Notes: generated by a model from the sequence alone, not told the origin. A DNA stretch of 64,000 nt from Bacteriovoracaceae bacterium (GCA_947450475.1 CANFVK010000005.1:95763-159762), one strand, 5' to 3'. Shown: positions 29,426 through 38,155, numbered from the stretch's first letter. Program-made: numbers and translations.

Positions 29426-30536
29426 TTTTGATGAAAAGAATAAAACGAGACTAGTTAACTTAGATTTCTTACGCGGATTATTTGTCATCTTAGCACTCGA
29501 TCAACATTTCACGTACTACATTAACATGTGGTACGTGTCTTATTTTAGAGATGTCATGGCGCTCACTTCAACATACAAAATTAATTTTCCTATGATCGGT
29601 CACCAAATTTCAACAGATCGTTTTAATCTTATGCTTGGAATTATATTCACCCCTTGGGTGAGTCAAGTGTATCTTACAATGGCTTCATTTAATTTGGCCC
29701 GCAAGCCCAGCTACCTTTTTAGAGATGAATTAGCTTCGAAGCTCAAAATGTTTGGACTTATTTTTATTTTTTTTACTTTAGAAAATTTTATAGTCGCACC
29801 CAACAGTGGTGAAGCCATTTCGTTTTATCCCATTATGTTGTGGATGGTGGTAATGAGCATTATTTCCATTTTTTACAGCTTGATGGGGATTAGAGGGGTC
29901 TTGTTACTTACACTGATATCATTTTTACGCTGGGTTGTGCCCATTGATATGCTGTCAAATCTTTTTCAAAGTATAATCCGTTATAATATTCATCCTGGTT
30001 TTGAATATGATGCTCGCATTGAATATTTTTTCTCTTCGGGCTGTTTGGGATTCATAATGGGTCATGCCCATTATCACATGCCCAATTACAAAAAAGTGAA
30101 AGACTTCTATTTCATGCTATTGGGACTTGTTTTTGTTTTATTTTATTGGGCCTATGGGATTCCTTATATAATTGATCCATCCAACGCTTTTGCGCATGAG
30201 CACGATATGGCCCAAAGCTTTAGTGGGACTCTTTTTATTTTAGGAGTTCAGGCATTTGTAATCTCAACTTTTTTATGGCTTGAAAAAAAAGAAATACGAT
30301 TTAATGTTCCGATATTTACATGGGTGGGAGCAAATTCATTGCTTGTTTTTGCCCTTCACAGAGTTTTCTTTGTCAAGTTTTTAGCCCCCGTTAGCTTGAT
30401 GGTGGGAAGCATGCTGGGGCGACCGATTGGAGCTTCAACTTATGAGCTCTACAGTTATGTAGGTCTCACCATAGCATTTTGCTATTTTGTAAAAGCAACT
30501 CGTCTCAATGAAATACTTGTGACAAGAAAAGGATAA
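29412..30536 (+). CDS. Polytopic membrane protein, acyltransferase-3/DUF1624-like (heparan N-acetyltransferase-like)
   Basis: N-terminal RLVNLDFLRGLFVILALDQHF resembles the R-x-x-x-D-x-x-RG...H start of these families. About 9-10 TM helices. The TTG start overlaps the upstream stop by 14 nt, with AAGGA upstream. Confidence 0.5.
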   Translation: MSKSNFDEKNKTRLVNLDFLRGLFVILALDQHFTYYINMWYVSYFRDVMALTSTYKINFPMIGHQISTDRFNLMLGIIFTPWVSQVYLTMASFNLARKPSYLFRDELASKLKMFGLIFIFFTLENFIVAPNSGEAISFYPIMLWMVVMSIISIFYSLMGIRGVLLLTLISFLRWVVPIDMLSNLFQSIIRYNIHPGFEYDARIEYFFSSGCLGFIMGHAHYHMPNYKKVKDFYFMLLGLVFVLFYWAYGIPYIIDPSNAFAHEHDMAQSFSGTLFILGVQAFVISTFLWLEKKEIRFNVPIFTWVGANSLLVFALHRVFFVKFLAPVSLMVGSMLGRPIGASTYELYSYVGLTIAFCYFVKATRLNEILVTRKG

Positions 30537-30544
30537 GGAAGACT

Positions 30545-31615
30545 ATGGACACTAGGTCCCAGCATTTAATTTTTGATGCCATTCTTGAAAAAGAGATAAC
30601 ACAAGCTGATGTCGATGGTATTAAAAATGTTATAGAGAAAAATCTAACTGTCGTTGAAAAAGTGGAGTATAAATTTACACCACAAGGTGAAACAATTGTC
30701 TTTATCCTTTCTGAATCCCACTTTAGCCTTCATACCTATCCCGAAAATAAATATATCTCTATGGACATATATGTTTGCAACATGGAAACAAATCTTGAAA
30801 AAATTATCGATGAGATAAAGGGGATTGTTTCGTTTGAGAAAATTGAATCGCGCATTTTGCCCAGAGGTAGAATTGCTCAGGGAACGATTGATCGAAGTGT
30901 TCAAGTCGTTTATTTGCTAACCATCGTTGTCGCCTGTTGTAGTATCTTGTACGAGTTTTTATTGGCGCAATCTATTTCCACCACGATGGGCAATACCGCA
31001 TTGAGATACAATTTAACCATTGGACTTTTTATAGCTTCAATGGGATTTGGGGCCATCTTGTACAAAAAACTAATTGGGCCAGATCATTTTAAAGAATTTA
31101 TCAAAGTAGAGCTCTTACTTTCCCTTATCGGTGGTATTGCTCCAGTTCTAGTTTTGATTATTGATTATTTTTTTAATTCATTTGCCAAAATATCCAATGT
31201 TTCATTTTTTTCATTTTGGATACAGGCTCCACTTTTTTCGATAAATCACTTGCTAATTGTCGCGATTGGCTTTCTTTCTGGCTTGGAATTACCTCTATTG
31301 ATGGATATGAGCAAGAAGTTCACAACGACGAAAGGGCATTTTGTATTAGCATATGATTATTTAGGCACATTGCTTGGAGCGATTTTATTTCCTATTATTA
31401 TTCTGCCTAATTTGCACTTGTTTACAATCGGCTATGTCGTCTCTGCAATCAATATTTTAGTAGCACTCTTTGTGATGATTAAAATGAAAATAAATCATCG
31501 CGGCTATCGTTTGGCAATATGGCTGATGTTGATTACTTGGATTTTTGTAATTATTCAATCAACTTCTCTCAATGAATTTATTGTTGAAAGATTCTATTTT
31601 GGCGGGAAGTTTTAA
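30545..31615 (+). CDS. S-adenosylmethionine decarboxylase (SpeH-type pyruvoyl proenzyme) fused to a polytopic membrane domain
   Basis: FILSESHFSLHTYPE matches the class-1 AdoMetDC self-cleavage motif (E57|S58, Ser codon at nt 30716-30718). Residues ~115-356 are multi-TM and resemble the N-terminal domain of the next gene. Confidence 0.7.
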   Translation: MDTRSQHLIFDAILEKEITQADVDGIKNVIEKNLTVVEKVEYKFTPQGETIVFILSESHFSLHTYPENKYISMDIYVCNMETNLEKIIDEIKGIVSFEKIESRILPRGRIAQGTIDRSVQVVYLLTIVVACCSILYEFLLAQSISTTMGNTALRYNLTIGLFIASMGFGAILYKKLIGPDHFKEFIKVELLLSLIGGIAPVLVLIIDYFFNSFAKISNVSFFSFWIQAPLFSINHLLIVAIGFLSGLELPLLMDMSKKFTTTKGHFVLAYDYLGTLLGAILFPIIILPNLHLFTIGYVVSAINILVALFVMIKMKINHRGYRLAIWLMLITWIFVIIQSTSLNEFIVERFYFGGKF

Positions 31616-33330
31616 TGGACAAACGATCATTAATTAAAGCAGAACTTTTTTTAATAACTAGTCTTTTAGCTTTTTGTAGCATTGTCTACGAACTTCTTCT
31701 GTCGAATACCTTAGCGATAGTTACCCAGAATTATATCTGGTGGCAATCTTTCACAATTGGGATTTATATAGGTGGATTGGGACTTGGAGCTTATTTTTCA
31801 GATAGGTTCAAAGATACATATAAAAACATTATCAGCGTGGAACTATTGCTGTCGTTTTTTGGTGCTATTTGTGTGCTCTATGTCTATCTTTTTCATGGTA
31901 TATATAAATATATAGACAGTTTGTTTTTCTACACCGGCGATTTCTACTCAACCTTTTATTTGCAAAATGTTTTTTTATTGAAAATAGTTTTTTTTATTGC
32001 CATTCAGGTACTCACGCTTTCTATTGGAACACTTTCTGGGTTTGAAATTCCTCTTATGATGAAAATGGCAGTTGAAAGACTTGGAGAGTCTGAAGAGGGA
32101 GAGCATTATATATTAGGGGTCAATTATCTAGGAACACTGATTGGAACAATTTGTTTTGCTTACTTTTTATTGCCTAAATTAGATGTAGTAAAAACATCTG
32201 TTTTCGTCGCACTCTTGAATCTTTTAGTATGCCTCTATTTCCTGGTAAGATATGTAAAGAAAAATCGAGCTCTATATTCTAGCTTTACAGTGGCCATTGC
32301 TTTACTTATTTCAGTTGTTGGATTTAATGAAAGCTCCATCACTCAGGGCTATTTAAAGTTCTTTTATTATCTTCCCAAAATCCTGGCGAAAGATAATCTT
32401 GATTTCACTGACCTTGTACGAAGAATTGAAGGATTTAAGCCAATCGAAAGAACTAAATCACTTTACCAGTATGTTGATATTTTTAATTATCCAATGACTG
32501 AAGATGGAATTGTTAAGGATTCAACCATATTAACTCTTGATACTAATTTTCAGTTCAACACTGCTACTGAGTTTTATTATCATCAGGCCTTTGCTCATAT
32601 TTCGATAGCTTTAAATAAGAAAATTCCCAAAAGAATACTTATGCTTGGTGGGGGAGATGGTCTTTTATTAAGAGAATTATTAAAATATCCTGAAATCGAA
32701 TTCATAAAGCAAATTGAACTAGATCAAAAGATGATTGATCTTGCTAATTCGCGTTTTGCAGAGCTCAACAAGCACTCAATGCAGGATCCAAGAGTTCATA
32801 CTGAAATTAACGATGGATTCTATTACGCTAGAACAACTAATGAAAAATTCGACGCTGTTTTTATTGATTTTCCTTACCCAAATTCTTACGACCTCTCTCG
32901 TTTGTATAGCGTTGAATTCTATTCATACGTTAGAAAATTACTAAATCCCAACGGTTTTGTCGTACTGGATTCACCTTTTTATAATAAGGTAGATTACAAC
33001 AAAGATCGCTATCAAGGCCGTGTTGTTTTCACTCAGGTCTTTAACGATGTCCAGGTTAAAAGCAATAGTGTTGTCGCAAGCACGTTTTATTATGCTGGTT
33101 TCAAATCATTTTTTCCTTATCGGGTTTCAGATGAATCTTTTATATTCCTGAAGGAGGAGCCAGGCATGATTGATTTCAATTTTATGGATGGTGCCGATCT
33201 CTCTAAATTGCAACCGCAAACGATTAGAGAAATGAAAGAAATAAAAAACCAACAATTTCCCTATAGAATTGCCTTCAAGTTCGTCAACTCAATCTTTAAG
33301 CCTACTCTCATAAGAAAGAACGAATTTTAA
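31615..33330 (+). CDS. Membrane-anchored spermidine-synthase-like aminopropyltransferase with an atypical acceptor motif
   Basis: About 7 N-terminal TM helices. GGGDG at nt 32647-32661, IELD, DPRV. DFPYP sits in place of the canonical D-S-(S/T)-D-P (nt 32866-32880). The ATG shares 1 nt with the upstream TAA. Confidence 0.8.
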   Translation: MDKRSLIKAELFLITSLLAFCSIVYELLLSNTLAIVTQNYIWWQSFTIGIYIGGLGLGAYFSDRFKDTYKNIISVELLLSFFGAICVLYVYLFHGIYKYIDSLFFYTGDFYSTFYLQNVFLLKIVFFIAIQVLTLSIGTLSGFEIPLMMKMAVERLGESEEGEHYILGVNYLGTLIGTICFAYFLLPKLDVVKTSVFVALLNLLVCLYFLVRYVKKNRALYSSFTVAIALLISVVGFNESSITQGYLKFFYYLPKILAKDNLDFTDLVRRIEGFKPIERTKSLYQYVDIFNYPMTEDGIVKDSTILTLDTNFQFNTATEFYYHQAFAHISIALNKKIPKRILMLGGGDGLLLRELLKYPEIEFIKQIELDQKMIDLANSRFAELNKHSMQDPRVHTEINDGFYYARTTNEKFDAVFIDFPYPNSYDLSRLYSVEFYSYVRKLLNPNGFVVLDSPFYNKVDYNKDRYQGRVVFTQVFNDVQVKSNSVVASTFYYAGFKSFFPYRVSDESFIFLKEEPGMIDFNFMDGADLSKLQPQTIREMKEIKNQQFPYRIAFKFVNSIFKPTLIRKNEF

Positions 33331-34382
33331 ATGCTGTCTGCGCCCGCAACATATAGCGATAACCCCAAGTCAATCCATTCAGCAAGAGGTTTAGGTCCTA
33401 AGAGAGACTGTAAGAAATCTTTTTCAGTTAGTTCAAATTGTTTGTTATCAAATATTATTATCACCTTAGAATCATGGATAACTTTAATTTCAAGTCTGCC
33501 ATCAGAGACATTGGCAAGAAAAAGATTTAATTCTTTGGGATCTCCAAGTTTCATAAATGCGGTATAAAAAATTTCCTTGTTTTGAGACAGAACTTGTTCG
33601 CTTTCAGGAAGCCATAGTTTGAAAACTTCAAGTTCCTTTATTATTTGGGCATACTCCTTTAGTCCTAGACACGAAATCTCATGAATAATATTTGTTAAAT
33701 CTCTTCCCTTGTTAACACAGAAATATTTTTCAATACAATGATCAGAGTTTCTTTTTATATAAAGGTCAATCGAAGACATGCCACGGATAATCGACCAATC
33801 TTTTTGTTCTCGTTTAATGGTAAAAAAATGATTTTGATTAAAATGAACATAAAGATTAACAATGGTCTCAAAGTCATTTTCAGATAATTCGGAAAATTGA
33901 GTTCGCTCGTAGCCTATTGGCCTCTGGTCATGTTGGAATATTGTTTTGCCAGTTTCGATTAAACCACCTGTGCGATAAAAAGAAAATTTTTCATATAATC
34001 CCTCAATCTCACTCCATAGTAGAAACAAGGAGACCTTATCTTGAAATTTAACTAGTACATGGTTCAAAAGTGTTTTGAAAAATTTTTTTCCACGATATTT
34101 TTTTGCAGTTACAATTCCACCAATGATTGCGACAGGAGTCTCCACCCCATTTTTAACGGCGATGCGCTCACATACTGATAAATGGGCCACAACCTGATTG
34201 CTTTCTTGGTCAATAATAACAAAACAATTTTCAAAATTTAGTGGATGTACCAAGGGCGCAAAGTCGATGTCAAAATGATTATCTTGATGATAATGAAATT
34301 CTTCTTCTATAAGGAGAATTGTTTCTTCAAAATATTCTGGATTCTCAGATAAAGTAGTCAGAACATATTTATTTTCATTCAT
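33327..34382 (-). CDS. GNAT N-acetyltransferase with a C-terminal extension (Eis-like architecture)
   Basis: Acetyl-CoA motif A IGGIVTAKKYRGKKFFKTLLNHVL. At 351 aa it is far longer than a minimal GNAT. Convergent with the aminopropyltransferase gene, with a 4-nt overlap. Confidence 0.65.
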   Translation of the reverse strand: MNENKYVLTTLSENPEYFEETILLIEEEFHYHQDNHFDIDFAPLVHPLNFENCFVIIDQESNQVVAHLSVCERIAVKNGVETPVAIIGGIVTAKKYRGKKFFKTLLNHVLVKFQDKVSLFLLWSEIEGLYEKFSFYRTGGLIETGKTIFQHDQRPIGYERTQFSELSENDFETIVNLYVHFNQNHFFTIKREQKDWSIIRGMSSIDLYIKRNSDHCIEKYFCVNKGRDLTNIIHEISCLGLKEYAQIIKELEVFKLWLPESEQVLSQNKEIFYTAFMKLGDPKELNLFLANVSDGRLEIKVIHDSKVIIIFDNKQFELTEKDFLQSLLGPKPLAEWIDLGLSLYVAGADSI

Positions 34383-34524
34383 TTGTCTATTTTAGCGACA
34401 ACTTCGGATCCGATGTCTAAATTTCTCACAAAAATATTACCTGATCATTTAACTTACTTTAGCATTTTCTTTATTTATAGATAGTTAGAGTGTTTAAAAT
34501 GTCTAAAAAATAGTCATTTTTTTC

Positions 34525-34551
34525 TAAAGTTATTTTTGGGAGCGCCGATTA
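34525..34551 (+). promoter_or_regulatory. Sigma-28 (FliA) type promoter of flagellin 1
   Basis: TAAA-N15-GCCGATTA compared with the consensus TAAA-N15-GCCGATAA, about 75 nt upstream of the ATG. Confidence 0.6.
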
Positions 34552-34625
34552 GTTATTTATGAAGCCGTGAGGTCAGTCTCACAGAAAAACATGATGTTTT
34601 TCAAGCCAGAAATCAAGGAGGATGT

Positions 34626-35474
34626 ATGGGACTTCGAATTAACACAAACGTAGCGTCGTTAAACGCTCAGAGGAACTTAGGTTCAACTCGTATCAACATG
34701 AACAAGTCTTTGGAGAAACTTTCTTCAGGGCAAAGAATCAACAGAGCGGGCGACGATGCTGCTGGTCTGGCGATTTCTGAAAATTTAAAAGCACAAATTA
34801 GAGGATTGGGACAAGCAGAAAGAAATGCGGAAGACGGTGTGTCTCTGGTTCAAATTGCGGAAGGTGCACTTGGTGAAGTTTCAAACATCTTAATCAGATT
34901 AAGAGAACTTTCAGTACAGGCTGCTTCTGATACTATCGGTGGTACTGAAAGAAAATTCCTTAACGTGGAATTTGAGCAACTAACTTCGGAAGTTGATCGT
35001 ATTGCTAATTCAACAGAGTTTAACCGCGTACCACTTCTAAATGGAACTGGTGCAGTGTTTGATATCCAAATTGGAACAAGAAACGATCCTATCTCAGATA
35101 GATTAACTTTCGATGCCTCTTCAGCAGATGTCAATGTCGCAGCTTTAGGTTTAAACCTAGCTTCGGTATCTGATAAAATCTCTGCTCAAAACTCACTTAG
35201 TTCAATTGACCAAGCTATAATTTCTGTTTCAGGAATCAGAGCAGACTTTGGTGCTCTTCAAAACAGATTGCAATCAACGGTTAATAATATTCAAGTAAGC
35301 ATTGAAAACCTAGCTTCTGCCAACTCACGTGTAAGAGACACTGACGTGGCCGCAGAAACTGCAGAATTAACTAAACAGAACATCTTAATGCAAGCTGGTA
35401 CTAGTGTGCTTTCTCAAGCTAACTCAAGTACTAACACAGCACTAAGCTTGATCCAAGCAGCATCTCAGCGCTAA
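34626..35474 (+). CDS. fliC: Flagellin, copy 1
   Basis: MGLRINTNVASLNAQRNL N-terminus, and a C-terminal ...LSQANSSTNTALSLIQ. GGAGGA RBS. Confidence 0.95.
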   Translation: MGLRINTNVASLNAQRNLGSTRINMNKSLEKLSSGQRINRAGDDAAGLAISENLKAQIRGLGQAERNAEDGVSLVQIAEGALGEVSNILIRLRELSVQAASDTIGGTERKFLNVEFEQLTSEVDRIANSTEFNRVPLLNGTGAVFDIQIGTRNDPISDRLTFDASSADVNVAALGLNLASVSDKISAQNSLSSIDQAIISVSGIRADFGALQNRLQSTVNNIQVSIENLASANSRVRDTDVAAETAELTKQNILMQAGTSVLSQANSSTNTALSLIQAASQR

Positions 35475-35484
35475 TAGCGCTGAG
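35464..35484 (+). terminator. 9-bp hairpin spanning the flagellin-1 stop codon
   Basis: CTCAGCGCT-aat-AGCGCTGAG. The T-run after it is weak. Confidence 0.35.
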
Positions 35485-35671
35485 GCTTTAAGCATGCCTG
35501 CAAGTGTGATTGAAGCATAAAGATACTAATAAAGACGACTTAATATTGTAGTAGATATTAAGAGCTGGAAAACTGTAACTTTTTTTAGAAACTGATTAAA
35601 ACAATTAACAATTTTTTTGAACAAGATGTTCGAAGTATATACCAGGAGGTTTTGAGTGAAAGGAGATTAAC

Positions 35672-36508
35672 ATGGGCTTAAGAATAAATACAAATATCCC
35701 GTCTTTATCGGCGCAGAGATCTTTGGGAATTACTTCAAGAAACTTAAATGATAACTTGAGAAAGCTATCATCAGGCGAAAGAATAACCAGATCGGGTGAC
35801 GATGCAGCAGGATTAGCGATAAGTGAAAACTTAAAAGCGCAGATCAGAGGAATGAGACAGGCCAAAAGAAATGCTGGCGATGCTATCTCAATGTTACAAA
35901 CGGCAGAAGGTGGAATGAATGAAATATCTAACATCATCATCAGACTTAGAGAACTTTCAGTCCAAGCCGCTTCGGACACAGTGGGAGCAACCGAGAGAGG
36001 TTTCTCAGATATTGAATTCCAAAATCTCAAAGATGAGATCGACAGAATTGCAAAATCTACAGAATTCAACGGAATTAAACTTCTCGATGGTTCTGGCGGA
36101 AAACTCGATTTCCAAATTGGTATTAAAAATGATCCGACTCTCGACAGGCTTAGCTATGACGGAGCAAGATCAGACGCCTCCCTACATGCTCTTGGTTTGG
36201 CAGTAGATGGGGTGACGACGAAGGAAAATGCTCAATCTTCGCTTAAAAAACTTGATGATGCCTTAGTGCAAATCAACGGTATAAGAGCGAATTTTGGTGC
36301 CCTTCAAAATCGGTTGCAATCAACAAGCAACAATCTTGAAGTCAGCGATGAAAATTTATCTGCTGCCAATTCGAGAGTAAGAGATGTTGATGTAGCGGCT
36401 GAAACCGCAGAGATGACAAAGAATAATATTCTTCATCAGGCCGGAGTTTCAGTACTAGCGCAAGCGAATCAAACGCCAAACTCAGCTTTAAAACTACTAC
36501 AAGGTTAA
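35672..36508 (+). CDS. fliC: Flagellin, copy 2
   Basis: MGLRINTNIPSLSAQRSL N-terminus and conserved C-terminal helices. Paralog of copy 1. Confidence 0.95.
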   Translation: MGLRINTNIPSLSAQRSLGITSRNLNDNLRKLSSGERITRSGDDAAGLAISENLKAQIRGMRQAKRNAGDAISMLQTAEGGMNEISNIIIRLRELSVQAASDTVGATERGFSDIEFQNLKDEIDRIAKSTEFNGIKLLDGSGGKLDFQIGIKNDPTLDRLSYDGARSDASLHALGLAVDGVTTKENAQSSLKKLDDALVQINGIRANFGALQNRLQSTSNNLEVSDENLSAANSRVRDVDVAAETAEMTKNNILHQAGVSVLAQANQTPNSALKLLQG

Positions 36509-36513
36509 TTCAA

Positions 36514-36549
36514 AAAAGTTGCTCCGAATGGAGCAACTTTTTTCTTTTT
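36514..36549 (+). terminator. Rho-independent terminator after flagellin 2
   Basis: AAAAGTTGCTCC-gaat-GGAGCAACTTTT followed by a T-run. Confidence 0.8.
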
Positions 36550-36578
36550 GATTTATACTCATTAGAAAAGGATTAACA

Positions 36579-37577
36579 ATGAACAACGAACAAGATAATT
36601 TCACCGACAAAAGAAAAACAATATTGATTATGGGGATCAATTCTTTCATAGGCTCAAACTTAGTTGAGTTTTTTAAAAAGGATTATCGCGTAGTTGGAAC
36701 TTTTTTCAAAAAGAATCCTGCGACCCAGGGGATACTTTGTCTTCCATGTGATGTTTTAGAAAAAGAACAAGTCCAACTGGTGCTTTATGCGCTCAAACCA
36801 GATGTCGTTCTCTATTGCGTAGGTCTTACTGGTTTAAAAGACTGTAATGATTTACCCAACCGATGTGATGCTCTAAACTCTGCCGGACTTTTTAATGTTG
36901 CAGAAATGGCACCTCGTTATGGTGCTAGAGTCATGTATTTTTCTTCTCACTTTGTTTTTGCTGGAATGAATAAGAACTATATTGAAATGGATAATCCTGA
37001 CGTTATAACTAATTATGGCAAGGCGCAGGCTTCAGCAGAATTTTACTTACAAAAATCTTCACTCAATTATCTCATTTTTAGATGTGGCAAGCTTTATGGG
37101 CGTGGTGTTTCCCCAACCAAGAACACTTTTTTTGAGTTGTTACAAAAAAATTTGAAAAATAATCAAAGCGCTAACTACGACAATTATGTTCACCAAGGTT
37201 TCCTTGATGTCTATTACCTGGGATTAATGGTCAAGATGTGCATAGATAAAAATATTTCTAATCGCCTGATCCATTTTACCTCTCAAGACATAGTTACCTA
37301 TTACGAATTTGCTAAGCTTTATTGTGAAATATTCAATCAATCTGACGGATTAATAAATACTGGCAAATGGTTTTTTCCCATCAGCAAAGGCGCAAATATA
37401 GAAAAATTGGAAGAGCATCTTTATTACAAGTTAGATCTCTTAAATGTCGAATCGCTTTTAAAAATTAAAATGCCGACAGTCAGAGAATCGCTAGAGTTCA
37501 CCTTTAAAAGATTTCAAGGCAACAAGCAAGTGACCAATGCCGTAACGAATAAGGGGGACGGAGTTTCGTTTGTTTAA
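36579..37577 (+). CDS. NAD(P)-dependent sugar epimerase/reductase (extended SDR, RmlD-like)
   Basis: Rossmann ILIMGINSFIGSNL. Catalytic YGKAQASAE (YxxxK). Confidence 0.7.
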   Translation: MNNEQDNFTDKRKTILIMGINSFIGSNLVEFFKKDYRVVGTFFKKNPATQGILCLPCDVLEKEQVQLVLYALKPDVVLYCVGLTGLKDCNDLPNRCDALNSAGLFNVAEMAPRYGARVMYFSSHFVFAGMNKNYIEMDNPDVITNYGKAQASAEFYLQKSSLNYLIFRCGKLYGRGVSPTKNTFFELLQKNLKNNQSANYDNYVHQGFLDVYYLGLMVKMCIDKNISNRLIHFTSQDIVTYYEFAKLYCEIFNQSDGLINTGKWFFPISKGANIEKLEEHLYYKLDLLNVESLLKIKMPTVRESLEFTFKRFQGNKQVTNAVTNKGDGVSFV

Positions 37578-37583
37578 AGAAAA

Positions 37584-38120
37584 TTAGCGAGCAGAATTAA
37601 CTACAAATTCAGTGAGGTAAAATCGAACGAGAGCGTCTAAGTCAACAGGCTCATTGTTAAATCGCCAAGTGATTTTATTAAATGGACCTAAGTGGGCCCG
37701 GATTTCATGAATATTGGTTGAACCAAATTGATCATTAAAACTTAATCGCGCCCCGTAGACATCTTTACCATTGGCCAAAAAGCCAATGGAAATAACATCA
37801 AATGATTTTCGAGCAATGATTAATCTGATGGAATTTCTAAAGAGCATGAAGTCATTTATGCTGCCTGAAATTTTTAGCAGCTTTAGACTATAGGGAGAAT
37901 TACTTTTTCCGCGGTATTGATTAAATCGCTGAACATAGGCTTCAAACAAATCGCGCAAGTTGTTCATGAAAGCAATTGATGATTCTTCTAGTAAAAGTTC
38001 AGGATTAAGATGGCCATTGATATTAACAATGCCCGACTCGTCCATGTTGATTTCGTCTAGCGCTAGGTTTTCGATCCAGGCAAACTCTTGAGGCTGCACA
38101 ATTTGATTTATGTCTTGCAT
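37584..38120 (-). CDS. Hypothetical protein (start trimmed to MQDINQ)
   Basis: A sigma-70-like TTGACA-N17-GATTAT sits just upstream of this ATG. The longer 240-aa version would begin inside the promoter region. Confidence 0.45.
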   Translation of the reverse strand: MQDINQIVQPQEFAWIENLALDEINMDESGIVNINGHLNPELLLEESSIAFMNNLRDLFEAYVQRFNQYRGKSNSPYSLKLLKISGSINDFMLFRNSIRLIIARKSFDVISIGFLANGKDVYGARLSFNDQFGSTNIHEIRAHLGPFNKITWRFNNEPVDLDALVRFYLTEFVVNSAR

Positions 38121-38126
38121 AATAAA

Positions 38127-38155
38127 ATAATCTCGGCTTTGAGCGAAACTGTCAA
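38127..38155 (-). promoter_or_regulatory. Sigma-70-like promoter, possibly giving a leaderless mRNA
   Basis: Minus strand reads TTGACA-N17-GATTAT. Only 6 nt separate the -10 element from the ATG at 38120, and there is no RBS. Confidence 0.35.

Noticed and set aside
35581-35671. Sigma-28 or sigma-54 promoter directly upstream of flagellin copy 2
   Set aside because: No GCCGATAA-like -10 at the right spacing from a TAAA, and no GG-N10-GC element. Only weak AT-rich matches.
35605-36069. 154-aa minus-strand ORF
   Set aside because: It lies antisense to flagellin copy 2, whose plus-strand translation has unmistakable flagellin N- and C-termini. The ORF has no RBS or motif of its own.
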